A stretch of 64,000 nucleotides of DNA from Alphaproteobacteria bacterium (lineage in GTDB: Bacteria; Pseudomonadota; Alphaproteobacteria; SHVV01): assembly GCA_965261735.1 (NCBI GenBank), contig OZ253470.1, positions 2,816,001 through 2,880,000 on the forward strand, written 5' to 3'. Position 1 is the first letter of the stretch; each line of letters opens with the position of its first letter. The notes under the pieces were generated by a model that was not told the origin of the DNA, ran no database searches, and saw only the letters and a program-made list of their open reading frames with translations. Shown here piece by piece: positions 1-9,139 of the stretch. Made by a program: the position numbers and the translations under genes.

Positions 1-2
1 GC

Positions 3-191
3 GGCAGAGGCGGGCGCTTGGAAGCCGATCATATCACGCCGATGCAGCGCGAGCCGGGCCAAGACCCCTATGACATAAACGGGCTGCAAGCGTTGTGCCG
101 CTCGTGCCATATCGGAAAGACAGCCCGTGAAAACCGGCGACCCCTGACCGCCGACGAAGCGGCATGGCGAGTGCTGGTCGCAAAGGCTTGA
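3..191 (+). CDS. HNH endonuclease, C-terminal part (terminase-associated type); not in ORF track
   Basis: Manual translation from nt 3: GRGGRLEADHITPMQREPGQDPYDINGLQALCRSCHIGKTARENRR...VAKA*. It has the DH...N-LQALCxxCH motifs of phage HNH proteins. Confidence 0.85.
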   Translation, partial: GRGGRLEADHITPMQREPGQDPYDINGLQALCRSCHIGKTARENRRPLTADEAAWRVLVAKA

Positions 192-286
192 CCGCGAATA
201 AAGTACCGGCTAGCGTCGCCTGTGATCCTATTGGTTAGCGAGGTGGGATCGAGAGTTCAGCCACTTCGCCAAAGGATCATCCCCCC

Positions 287-1576
287 ATGACTACAAATCA
301 GAAGCGGTTGCGCGAGCTTCGCGAGCGGCAATCCAAAGAACGTGGTCGCATGGCCGAGCTGGCCCTGCTCGAAACCCTGAGCGACGAGCACCGCGCCGAA
401 CTCGACACGATCGAAAAGGGCACGAGCGATCTTGAGCGCCAATTGCGCGCGGCCACGATTGCGGCCGAGGATGAGGAAGCCGAGCAGCGGGCCGCCGGCA
501 ATAGCGCGCGCCAGCCGGAAGGCGACGCTGAAATGCGCGAGCGGGCCGAGCTTCGCCGCAAGGTCTCCTTGGGCGCTTACGTGTCCGCTGCGATCGAGCA
601 GCGATCCGCCGAGGGTGCGGCGGCGGAGTTCAACGCCGCGCTTGGCATCAGCGGGAATCGCTTCCCGCTCGAACTGCTCGCGCCGCCCGAGCAGCGCGCC
701 GCCAGCGCCGAGGTCCGCGCCACAACGGACGTGGACACCATGATCACGCCGCGCCGTTGGCTCGACCGGCTATTCGCCGGCACCGCCGCCGAGCGTGTGG
801 GCGTCACGATGGAGTCGGTTCCGGTTGGCTCCGCCAGCTATCCCGTCACCACGGCCGGCGCGAGCGCAGCGCAGCGGCAACGCTCAACCGACTCCGCCGC
901 CGATGCGGCCTGGACGGTCGGCGTAACCGAAATGAAGCCGAAGCGAAACGCCGTCCGGTTGCTGTTCTCGATCGAGGACGGAGCGCGAATTCCGGGACTC
1001 GAATCGGCACTCACGCGTGACCTTCGCATGGCGCTGACCGAGGGCGTCGACCGTGCGATCTTCCTCGGCGATGCGGGCGCGAGCGGCACCGACGCGGACA
1101 TTACCGGGCTGCAAACGGCGACCATCACCGAGCAGACCATCACTCAGAACAACAAGATTCTGGGGCCGGGCACCCTCGCCGCTTTCACCGGACTCGTCGA
1201 CGGTATCCACGCGATGAGCTTGAGCGACCTAAAGATTGTCGCGGCAGTCGGCGCGTGGCGACTTTGGGAAAACACGATCATCAACTCGACCGCTGACAAC
1301 ATGACGCTGGCGGCGTTCCTTCGCATGGCCGGGCTGAACTGGTCGGCACGAGGAGAGATCGAGACCGCCACCTCCAACGGAGACTTCGGGGCCTTCATCG
1401 GGCGTGGAATGGGAATCAACGGTGCTGGTGTCGCGGCTATCTGGGAAGCCGGCGAGCTGATCCGCGATCCCTACTCCGGGGCTGTCAAGGGCGAGGTCGC
1501 GTTGACCTTGTGCTACCTGTGGGATTTTGCCCTGCCTCGTGCGTCGAGCTTCGCCCGAATCAAGTTCGTCACGTAG
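287..1576 (+). CDS. Phage major capsid protein (HK97-like) with N-terminal coiled-coil/scaffold region
   Basis: 429 aa with a charged helical N-terminus, 'DRAIFLGDAG' and a capsid-like C-terminus 'RDPYSGAVKGEVALT...RASSFARIKF'; sits next to protease and portal. Confidence 0.85.
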   Translation: MTTNQKRLRELRERQSKERGRMAELALLETLSDEHRAELDTIEKGTSDLERQLRAATIAAEDEEAEQRAAGNSARQPEGDAEMRERAELRRKVSLGAYVSAAIEQRSAEGAAAEFNAALGISGNRFPLELLAPPEQRAASAEVRATTDVDTMITPRRWLDRLFAGTAAERVGVTMESVPVGSASYPVTTAGASAAQRQRSTDSAADAAWTVGVTEMKPKRNAVRLLFSIEDGARIPGLESALTRDLRMALTEGVDRAIFLGDAGASGTDADITGLQTATITEQTITQNNKILGPGTLAAFTGLVDGIHAMSLSDLKIVAAVGAWRLWENTIINSTADNMTLAAFLRMAGLNWSARGEIETATSNGDFGAFIGRGMGINGAGVAAIWEAGELIRDPYSGAVKGEVALTLCYLWDFALPRASSFARIKFVT

Positions 1577-1584
1577 GCCGGCCT

Positions 1585-2541
1585 ATGACGATCGAGCGTC
1601 GAACGGCCGCCGTCGAGCTGCGCGTCGAGGGTCGCCGGCTCAGCGGCACCGTGATGCGCTACGGCGAAGTGTCGCCTTCACACCGCGAGAAGTTTGAGCC
1701 GGGATCGCTGCGGATGGCCGAGGCCGTGCACCTGGACCTTGACCACGATCCCGAGCGGGCCGTCGCGTGGCATCCTGGCGGCGGGCTTGCGATCGAGAAC
1801 GGCCGCGACTCCATGACGATGCGCGCCGAGCTGCCGCCTATTCCCGCCGCCGATCGCGCTCTTGTGGACATCCGCGCCGGCAAGGTGACGGGCCTTTCGG
1901 TCGAATTTCGCGCAGTACGCGAGCGACGCGACGGCGATCTCCGGGTGATCGAGGACGCCGTGCTTGCGGGCATCGGGATCGTTCGAACGCCCAGCTACGA
2001 GCAAGCCTGCGTCGAGGCCCGCCGCCGATCGGGCCTGACCATGCGGGCGCGAATCCCTGCCGGTCGGAATGTCGAGTGCAGATGTTCTGGCGCTCAATGC
2101 AAATTCGCCAAGATCATCGGCGAGGCGTTGGCCGAAGAATTCGACATGGCGTTCGGCCAAGCCCGGAAAGAGATCATCGCCGGTTTCGGATCGTATGACA
2201 TGCCGCTGGCGTCGAGATCGGCCGGCACGTTGCGGGGCCGGATACTCGCGAGCGGCGACGGCGAGGTCGAGATAGACCTGCCGGACGACGGCGCCGGCAC
2301 CGCCACGGTCGCAGCGCATGAGGCGGCGGGCGTGATCGTTCGCCCGCATATCGACGCGAGCGCGGCCGATTCCATCGTCGAGGGCGACACGCGCGTCTAT
2401 CGAACCGCGCCGATCAGGGCATTTCTCGTCAGCGCGACGGATGCCCGCGAGGGCTGGCCAGCGCCTGAGCTGGTCGCCACGGCGGAAGATTTGGCAAGCG
2501 CCGATGCGCCTCGCGAGCGGAGGATTCCACGATGGCTGTAA
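1585..2541 (+). CDS. HK97-family prohead protease with a second, degenerate protease-like domain
   Basis: ATG at 1585 after the capsid stop. Motifs RRLSGTVMRYG, EKFEPGS, LDHD (His) and GLSVEF (Ser), plus 'IVRTPSY'. Confidence 0.8.
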   Translation: MTIERRTAAVELRVEGRRLSGTVMRYGEVSPSHREKFEPGSLRMAEAVHLDLDHDPERAVAWHPGGGLAIENGRDSMTMRAELPPIPAADRALVDIRAGKVTGLSVEFRAVRERRDGDLRVIEDAVLAGIGIVRTPSYEQACVEARRRSGLTMRARIPAGRNVECRCSGAQCKFAKIIGEALAEEFDMAFGQARKEIIAGFGSYDMPLASRSAGTLRGRILASGDGEVEIDLPDDGAGTATVAAHEAAGVIVRPHIDASAADSIVEGDTRVYRTAPIRAFLVSATDAREGWPAPELVATAEDLASADAPRERRIPRWL

Positions 2542-2843
2542 CACTCACTGCCGCCGAGATGGCCGAGGCGATCGGCACCGACTCGGCCACGGCGACTCGG
2601 CTGCTCGCGGTGGCGACCGAGCTGGTGAACAGATACGCGCCGGACGTGCCGGGCACGATAGGGAATGAGGCGGTTATTCGTGCTGGCGGGTGGCTCGCCG
2701 AGCAACCGCCCGCCGCGATCACGAGCGAGACCGAGGGCGATGTCCGCACGTCCTATATGCCAACGGCCGTAAGCGCCCTTCGGCATTCAGGGGGAATGGC
2801 GTTGCTTTCGCCGTGGAAGATTCGGCGGGCGGGTCCGATATGA
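2532..2843 (+). CDS. Putative head-tail connector (gp6/gp15-like)
   Basis: 103 aa helical protein overlapping the protease stop, ending 'ALLSPWKIRR' as such connectors often do; position in head module. Confidence 0.65.
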   Translation: MAVTLTAAEMAEAIGTDSATATRLLAVATELVNRYAPDVPGTIGNEAVIRAGGWLAEQPPAAITSETEGDVRTSYMPTAVSALRHSGGMALLSPWKIRRAGPI

Positions 2844-3295
2844 GACGGCTCGCCTTGAGGCGCTTTCCCGACTCCGTCGTGCGGAGACGGCAAGCGGCTG
2901 GCGCCTTCAACGAATACGGCGAATTCAAGCCGGGCACTGTGGTCGAAACGATCTTCCCTGCGCGAGTGCAGCCGTTGTCCCTGGAGGATGCCGACTTCGC
3001 GGGCGGCGTGTCCCTGGTCGAGCGGCTGAAAGTTTATGTCCCGCAAGGCGTCGCGCGTAACCGTGGCGTGGCGGATGCCTTGGCGTGGGGCGGCTCCGTG
3101 CTGACGTGGAACGGCGAACCGATCACTTGGGGCGGCGGCGACGGGACGCTGTACTCGGAGGACTCGGTGCCGTTCCTTGCGGCGTTCGATGACCGCGAGG
3201 CCGACGTGCTGGTTTATGCGGGAATCCAGTACATCGTCGAGGAGACCAAAAGCTGGCCGCGCTACACGCGCGCAATCGCGCTCAGGGAGACCTAA
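2840..3295 (+). CDS. Putative head-closure/head-tail adaptor protein
   Basis: ATGA overlap with the previous gene. 'NEYGEFKPG...FPARVQPL...LKVYVP...QYIVEETKSW' resembles a beta-rich head-closure fold. Confidence 0.55.
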   Translation: MRRLALRRFPDSVVRRRQAAGAFNEYGEFKPGTVVETIFPARVQPLSLEDADFAGGVSLVERLKVYVPQGVARNRGVADALAWGGSVLTWNGEPITWGGGDGTLYSEDSVPFLAAFDDREADVLVYAGIQYIVEETKSWPRYTRAIALRET

Positions 3296-3298
3296 GCC

Positions 3299-4357
3299 AT
3301 GCGCTGGCCCTGGCAACGCCACGAGACCCGCGAATCGATCGGCGGCTATACCGAGATCATCAGCCGTCTAGTCGAGGCGCAGGCGGCCGGGACAACCCAG
3401 CTCGCGAGCGCGACCGCGGCGACCGAGGCGACCGCGGGGCTCCTATCGAGATCATTTGCCGCGGCGACGGTCGAGGGGCCGGGCGACGTCGCCGGGATCG
3501 TGACGCCGCGATGCTTGGCTCAAGTCGGCCGCGACCTGATTCGCGTCGGCGAGTCGCTGCATGTTCTCCGCTACATGGGCGGCCGTCTGCTGCTGATCCC
3601 GGCCTCAACGTGGTACTGGGAAGGCAACGCGGACCCGGCCACCTGGCTATGCACGGCGACGGCCTACGGGCCAAGCGGATCGAGCACATGGCGCGTTCCG
3701 CAATCGTCGGTCGTGTTCGTCACCTGGGGATCGCCGACCGCCCGCCCCTATCACGGACTCTCGCCGTCAAGCTGGGCGGCCGATACCGCCCGCTTGAATG
3801 CGAACACCGAGCGCAGTCTGGCGGATGAGGCCAGCGGACCAGTCGCCCAACTATTGCCGGTGCCGCAAGACGGCGGCGACGGAGGCGACGACGATCCCCT
3901 CACCTCGTTAAAGAGCGACATCAAAGCGGCGCGTGGCAAGGCGCTGTTGGTCGAGACGGTCAACGCCGGTTGGGGCGAAGGGAAGCCCGCCGCCCCGCAA
4001 TCCGATTGGAAGCAACAACGGCTTGGGCCTGCACCGACCGAGGCCATGGTCAAGCTTGCCGAGGCGGCGTTTGATCGCGTGCTAGCCGCGTCGGGCTGTT
4101 CACCGGCGCTGTTTGACGATAGCGACGGGACCAGCAAGCGCGAGGCGCTGAGGCAATGGCACCTTGGCGTCGTCATGCCGCTGGCCCGACAGATTGAGCA
4201 TGAGTTGACGGCGAAGCTCGAAACCGACGTGCGGCTTCGCTTTGACTTGTACAACACCGATCTCGCGGGCCGGGCCCAGGCGTTTCAAAAGCTGGTCGCG
4301 GGCGGCGTGGGCGTCATGGACGCACTCACGACAACCGGGCTCTTGGCCGATGACTAA
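3299..4357 (+). CDS. Phage portal protein (short HK97-like)
   Basis: 352 aa with 'DLIRVGESL', 'PYHGLSP', '[17 protein letters not shown]' and '[13 protein letters not shown]', motifs typical of HK97-family portals. Confidence 0.8.
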   Translation: MRWPWQRHETRESIGGYTEIISRLVEAQAAGTTQLASATAATEATAGLLSRSFAAATVEGPGDVAGIVTPRCLAQVGRDLIRVGESLHVLRYMGGRLLLIPASTWYWEGNADPATWLCTATAYGPSGSSTWRVPQSSVVFVTWGSPTARPYHGLSPSSWAADTARLNANTERSLADEASGPVAQLLPVPQDGGDGGDDDPLTSLKSDIKAARGKALLVETVNAGWGEGKPAAPQSDWKQQRLGPAPTEAMVKLAEAAFDRVLAASGCSPALFDDSDGTSKREALRQWHLGVVMPLARQIEHELTAKLETDVRLRFDLYNTDLAGRAQAFQKLVAGGVGVMDALTTTGLLADD

Positions 4358-4775
4358 GCCGTGCTCGGTTGGGGGCTGCGAGCAGCCCGTGACGGCGCAG
4401 GGCCGCTGCGATACTCATTACCGCGGCGCCCGCCGAGCCGGTGAAATTGGGATCGTTCGACCGCGCAACCCCGGCATCTGTTCTATCGACGCCTGCGAGC
4501 GCTCAAAAAAGTGTCGCGGTTTGTGCGCGTATCACTACAAACGATGGTGGCTTTGGGGCGATCCCCTGGTGCCGTTGCGCCCTCTTCTGCGGTTTTCGGA
4601 CGAGGACCTCCGCAGGATGCACGAACATCTCGACGGCATACCGCCAGGCCGACGCGCCGAACAAGGGGAGGTGATCTTTCTTGCCTTGATCCTTGGGCGG
4701 GAGCCGCGCGCGGTGCATCGAAAACTTTGCGACTTGAGGGTGGAGCGGCGGGAAGCTCAAGCCGCTCTGAGCTGA
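4350..4775 (+). CDS. Hypothetical protein with two C-x4-C-x7-G-x-C-x2-HY Zn-binding repeats and a C-terminal HTH-like segment
   Basis: ATG at 4350 overlaps the portal end. Repeats [20 protein letters not shown] and [20 protein letters not shown]. Confidence 0.65.
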   Translation: MTKPCSVGGCEQPVTAQGRCDTHYRGARRAGEIGIVRPRNPGICSIDACERSKKCRGLCAYHYKRWWLWGDPLVPLRPLLRFSDEDLRRMHEHLDGIPPGRRAEQGEVIFLALILGREPRAVHRKLCDLRVERREAQAALS

Positions 4776-4804
4776 AAAGGGGGACATCATGCCCCCCCCT
4801 TTTT
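4775..4804 (+). terminator. Intrinsic (probably bidirectional) terminator
   Basis: AAAAGGGGG-ACATCATG-CCCCCCCC-TTTTT directly after the last element gene. Confidence 0.7.
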
Positions 4805-4866
4805 GCCTACATAGTGCCTACATGGCGCTTATACCGCGTTGACTAAGTTCCTCTAAGTCATTGAAA
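4804..4866. promoter_or_regulatory. Putative integrase arm-type sites and IHF-like site at the att junction
   Basis: Direct repeat TGCCTACAT-AG-TGCCTACAT (4804-4823). TAAGTCATTGAAA (4854-4866) matches WATCAANNNNTTR on the minus strand with one mismatch. Both lie just outside the tRNA 3' end. Confidence 0.55.
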
Positions 4867-4870
4867 AGCA

Positions 4871-4945
<75 letters not shown>

Positions 4946-5107
4946 GCCGGCGGGGCCGGGAGATGTCGGCCGCTGCTTTCGCGCCCCGCTCCATCGCGGG
5001 CGGCGACCCTCGCGCTGCCCGCGCGTCCCCCTTTGCCAAATACTGCTATCCTTCACAAGCCTTTTCTGCCGCCGGCACGCGGCCGGGACGTGGAGGAGCC
5101 GCGCACG

Positions 5108-5830
5108 ATGACGCCGCCCCAGGCCCCGCAGGGGCGTGCGCGCTGGCTGGTCGCGCTCGCGGCCGCCGCGGCAATCGCCGCACTCGTTATCTTCCTCGTG
5201 TTCCGCTTCCCGGGCGCGCTTACGGGGCGCGGCGAACGCGCGAGCCTCGTCTACGGGCTGTTGCTGCTGGTGCTCGTCGGCGGCAGCCTGCTGCTGCGCT
5301 GGCATGGACGGCCGATGTTTGCTGTGCGCCACGCGCTCATCTGGCTCGGCATCGCGCTGCTGCTGCTGATCGGCTACAGCTTTCGCGCCGATCTCGCGCT
5401 CAATCCCCACATCGACCGGGTGTTCGGCGAGCTCGTCCCGTTCTCGGCGCAGGTTGGTGCAGACGGCGCGCTCAGCGTGCGCGCGGCGCGCGACGGCCAC
5501 TACTACATCGAGGCCCGCATCGACGACCGCCCCGTGCGCTTCCTGGTCGATACCGGCGCCTCCGACGTGATCCTGCGGCCGTGGGATGCGCGCGAGTTGG
5601 GTTACGACCTCGCCCGCCTGTCCTTCACCCGCCCGTTCGAGACCGCGGGCGGGCCGGTGCGGGGCGCCGCCGTGCGGCTCGGCCGCTTCACCATCGGCGG
5701 GCTCGAATTCCCCGAGGTGAACACCTGGGTGAGCAGCGAGCCGATGGGCCATTCGTTGCTCGGCATGAGCTTTCTCGCCCGCCTCGAGGCCTACGAGTTT
5801 CGCGACGATACGCTGACGCTGCGGCCCTGA
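5108..5830 (+). CDS. Membrane-anchored retropepsin-like (clan AA, TIGR02281-type) aspartic protease
   Basis: Three N-terminal hydrophobic helices, DGHY, FLVDTGAS and SLLGMSFL motifs; start chosen at the ATG after GGAGG. Confidence 0.9.
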   Translation: MTPPQAPQGRARWLVALAAAAAIAALVIFLVFRFPGALTGRGERASLVYGLLLLVLVGGSLLLRWHGRPMFAVRHALIWLGIALLLLIGYSFRADLALNPHIDRVFGELVPFSAQVGADGALSVRAARDGHYYIEARIDDRPVRFLVDTGASDVILRPWDARELGYDLARLSFTRPFETAGGPVRGAAVRLGRFTIGGLEFPEVNTWVSSEPMGHSLLGMSFLARLEAYEFRDDTLTLRP

Positions 5831-7218
5831 ACCACCGCGCCACCGTCGCTCGGCGCCGGCAGGGTCTCGCCCGGCGGCGCCAGCGCGGGCCGCGCGGCCG
5901 CTTCGATGACGCCTACCGGCTCGGCTCCGCCAACCTCGGCCGGGGCGCGCCACGCCAGCTGGTCAAAGGCGCCGCACGTGGGGCAGAAGTGCCGCCACTC
6001 GGCGCCGCTCCAGCCGCAGCCCGCGCAGGTCCAGGCCGGAGCGGGCGCACCGTCGGCGCGCCGGCGCCAGGCCTCGGCCCCGGCGCCGGTGCCGTTCTCG
6101 CCGACCTCGATCCGCGTCATCAGCAGGCACAAGCGCGCTTCCGGCTCATCGCGCATCACGGGCTCGAGGTGTGCGCGCACATCGGTCCAGTCCTCCGCCG
6201 CGAGCGCCGCCTCGGCGAGCGCGATGCGGGTCTCGCGGTGGCCGTGGTTGGCGGCATCGAGCTTGGCGTAGTGGCGCCGGCGCCGGCCCGCGTCTTCGCC
6301 CGCGCGCAGATCGTGGAAGGCGGCCGCGAGGTCGGGGTGGGGCGCGAGCGCCCAGGTGGCCAGGATCGCCGACTCGGCCTGGCGCGGCTGCTTCGCACCC
6401 GCCGCGAGGCGCGCCAGCAGGACGGCCGCAGGTACGAAGGCGCGCTCCAGCCGATGGGCCTCGCCGGCATGGTTCAGTGCCTCGCGGGTCTGCCCGGCAT
6501 CCGCGGCGGCCTTCGCCCGGGCGTAGCGGGCGAGCGTACGGCGCCGCCGCGCAGCCGCGGGTTGCAGCGCGCCGGCCTTCACGGCCGGTGCCAACGCCTC
6601 TTCGGCGGCCCGCCAGTTGCCGGCCCGGGCTTCGAGATCGAAGAGCGCGCCGAGCGGCCAGGCCGCGCCCGGGCGCAAGACGCGCGCGCGCCGGGCGTAG
6701 GCCAGCGCCGCGATATCGTCGCCGGCCCGGTGCGCGTCGCCGGCGAGCCCGCGTAAGCCCAGATGCTCGGTCTCGGGAGCCGCCAGCATGGCCGAAAAGT
6801 GGCGCCGCGCCGCCACCGGGTCGCCGGCAAGGCGCGCCGCCTCGGCCGCGAGCAGCCGACCGAGCGGTGGCTCCTCGAGGAGCGCGTCGGCTCGGCTCGC
6901 CTGCCGCGTCGCCTCGCGGGCATCGCCCGCGACGACCGCCGCCATGCCATGCACCAGCGCGAGATAGCCGCGGCGCTCACGCTCGGCCGCGCGCTTCGCG
7001 GCGAGCCGCGCCGGGCCCCGGCGAAGCCAGCGCCAGGCGCGGTAGATGAACCCAACAGCCACGATCAGCGCCGCCATCATGAGAAGCGCGACGGCGACCG
7101 TGGTCTCAACGCGGTAGCCGGGCACGTCGAGCACGACGCGGCCGGGCCGGTCGGCCACCCACACGGATGCCGCGATCACGACGGCGAGAAGAACGGTGGC
7201 GGCGAGGAAGCGAATCAC
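5791..7218 (-). CDS. hemY: HemY-family membrane TPR protein
   Basis: GTG start overlapping the upstream stop, two TM segments, TPR-like helices, 'PHPDLA' and C-terminal CxxC...CPxC; follows hemC-hemD-COG4223. Confidence 0.85.
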   Translation of the reverse strand: MIRFLAATVLLAVVIAASVWVADRPGRVVLDVPGYRVETTVAVALLMMAALIVAVGFIYRAWRWLRRGPARLAAKRAAERERRGYLALVHGMAAVVAGDAREATRQASRADALLEEPPLGRLLAAEAARLAGDPVAARRHFSAMLAAPETEHLGLRGLAGDAHRAGDDIAALAYARRARVLRPGAAWPLGALFDLEARAGNWRAAEEALAPAVKAGALQPAAARRRRTLARYARAKAAADAGQTREALNHAGEAHRLERAFVPAAVLLARLAAGAKQPRQAESAILATWALAPHPDLAAAFHDLRAGEDAGRRRRHYAKLDAANHGHRETRIALAEAALAAEDWTDVRAHLEPVMRDEPEARLCLLMTRIEVGENGTGAGAEAWRRRADGAPAPAWTCAGCGWSGAEWRHFCPTCGAFDQLAWRAPAEVGGAEPVGVIEAAARPALAPPGETLPAPSDGGAVVQGRSVSVSSRNS

Positions 7219-8423
7219 GGCCCGGCTTGCCCGCTGAGCGTCGCTACTATGAGGCTGCCGAGGTCGGCCATGGCGCGCTCGGCGGCGAGGCGGGCTCGGG
7301 CCTCGATGAGCCAATCGTCGGCCGCCGCGGCGGCCGCGCCCGAGGCCTTCGCGAGTTCGGTGACTTCGGACACCGCGGCGGCGAGATCGCCGTTTGCGAG
7401 CCAAGCCTCCGCGCGGGCGATGCGGGCGTCGATCGCGTCGCCGGCCACGATCCCGGTGCGGCGTACGCTGACCACGGCACCTAGGCGATCGAGCGTATTG
7501 TCGACCCATCCCGAGCCGCCCTCGCCGCGGGCCGCATGAACCAGGGTGCCGGCGATGGCGCCAAAGCGCGCGCGTAGGGCGGCCAGCGTGGGCACGCCGG
7601 CCTCGGCCCGCGGCGCCAGCGTATCGAGGGCCGCGCTCACCCGCTCATCGCCCCGGCCGAGCACCGATACGCTGCGCAACTCGGCGCCATAGGCCGAGCC
7701 CGCGGCCACCGCCTGGCGCAGCTGACCCACGGCGAGCGCCAGCGCGGCGGCGCGCAGTCTCCCCGGCTCGATCTCGGCCTCGAGCACGCCAAGGCGGGTG
7801 TTCGAGGCGTCGAAGAGGACCGTGAGGCGGCCCACCTCGGTCCGTATCGCGACCACCGCTTCGGTCGCCGGGCGCACACCTTCGAGCGCCGTCTCGAGCG
7901 CCCGCAGGCGCACGGCGAACACGGCAACGTCGTTGTTTTCGAGCTCCGCGTCGAGGCGCGCCTCGAAAGAGGCGAGGTGCTCGCCGAGGGCCGCCACTTG
8001 GGCGGCATCGACGGCGACCTCTTCTGCCTGCGCCCGCTCGGTGGCGAGCTCGCCGAGCGCGGCCTCCAGCGCCGCCAGCCGGCGCTCCGTTGCGTCCAGC
8101 GCCTGGCGCCAGGACTCGGCCGCGGCAACCCTCGCCTCGAGCTCTGACATCCGCCGCGCCGATGCCTCCTCGGATGGCGTCGGGCCGGTGGGCACGATCG
8201 CCGCCAGTTGGGGCACGAACGCGGGTGCGAACCAGCCGGCGCCGAAGGCGACGGCGAGGAGGACGAGCGCGGACGCGATGCGCCATCGGGTTGCGGCCGA
8301 CGATGCTGCCGTGGCCCGGCCCGAGCGGGCCCCGCCCTTGGGCCGCGGCGTGCGCGCCCGAGGCGTGCGTTGCCGCCGCGCCGGCGCCGGCGCCGCTTCC
8401 TTGGGCTCGCCTGGCTCGCTCAT
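7215..8423 (-). CDS. COG4223/mitofilin (Mic60-like) inner membrane protein
   Basis: One TM helix, a long coiled coil and C-terminal 'GVPTLAALRARF...VVSVRR...GDLAAA...DWLIEARARL'; conserved position after hemD. Confidence 0.85.
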   Translation of the reverse strand: MSEPGEPKEAAPAPARRQRTPRARTPRPKGGARSGRATAASSAATRWRIASALVLLAVAFGAGWFAPAFVPQLAAIVPTGPTPSEEASARRMSELEARVAAAESWRQALDATERRLAALEAALGELATERAQAEEVAVDAAQVAALGEHLASFEARLDAELENNDVAVFAVRLRALETALEGVRPATEAVVAIRTEVGRLTVLFDASNTRLGVLEAEIEPGRLRAAALALAVGQLRQAVAAGSAYGAELRSVSVLGRGDERVSAALDTLAPRAEAGVPTLAALRARFGAIAGTLVHAARGEGGSGWVDNTLDRLGAVVSVRRTGIVAGDAIDARIARAEAWLANGDLAAAVSEVTELAKASGAAAAAADDWLIEARARLAAERAMADLGSLIVATLSGQAGP

Positions 8424-9139
8424 GGCCCGCCCCGATCGTTGATACCACAGAGCGCGAGCAGCGCCTGCTGTTCGGGCCGCGCAGCTATCGCCACCTTGCG
8501 CCACTCGACGTCGGCGAGCGCCTCCGCTATCGACCTGCTGAGGCACAGGGCATCGAGCCGGCGGCAATGCTCGGCCAAGCCCGCGGCCGCGACGAGACTA
8601 ACAAAGGCCGCCGCGGTACGGGGGGAGAAAAACAGCACCGCATCGAGGCTGCCGGCGCGCAGCGCTTGGGTCGCCACATCGCCCAGCGCGCGCGCGGGCC
8701 GCGCCTCGTAGAGCACGGCGCGCTCGACGCTGAAGCCGGCGGCGGTCAAGTGGCCCGCGAGATCACCGGCGACGTGCGTGCCGGCGACGTGAACGAGGCG
8801 CCCGGCGCGCGCGTCGAGCTCGGCAACGACCCTGGCGGCCAGGTCCTCGACGGTGCCGGCGGCACTGTGGACGGGATGGAAGCCGGCCTCGGCGGCGGCC
8901 TGCGCCGAGGCATCGCCGACCGCGTAGACCGCGAGATCGCGGCGCGCGCCTGCGGCGGCGAGAGAGCGCGCGCCGTTGGCGCTGGTCACTAGCACGGCCT
9001 GGACGCCGTCAAGTTCCGCGCCGGCAGCGTGGAAGTGAATCTCGAGCAGGGGCTCGATGAGTGCCTCGACTCCGGCCGCGGCGAGCCGCCGGGCCAAAGG
9101 CACCGCGTCGGCGAGCGCGCGCGTGACCAGAACCCTCAC
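8420..9139 (-). CDS. hemD: Uroporphyrinogen-III synthase
   Basis: RVLVTR, VTSANGA, AVGDASA and FFSPRTA motifs. Confidence 0.95.
   Translation of the reverse strand: MRVLVTRALADAVPLARRLAAAGVEALIEPLLEIHFHAAGAELDGVQAVLVTSANGARSLAAAGARRDLAVYAVGDASAQAAAEAGFHPVHSAAGTVEDLAARVVAELDARAGRLVHVAGTHVAGDLAGHLTAAGFSVERAVLYEARPARALGDVATQALRAGSLDAVLFFSPRTAAAFVSLVAAAGLAEHCRRLDALCLSRSIAEALADVEWRKVAIAARPEQQALLALCGINDRGGP

Larger units (their letters stand above)
1..4870. mobile_element. Integrated phage-related element (satellite or prophage head module), right end only; continues beyond the left window edge
   Basis: Co-oriented HNH, capsid, protease, head-completion and portal genes end in a terminator, a direct-repeat pair and an IHF-like site directly at the 3' CCA end of tRNA-Thr. 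Host genes resume after the tRNA. Confidence 0.85.

Noticed and set aside
287-4357. Gene transfer agent (RcGTA-like) cluster
   Set aside because: The gene order differs, no tail genes follow, and the module ends at a tRNA att-like junction.
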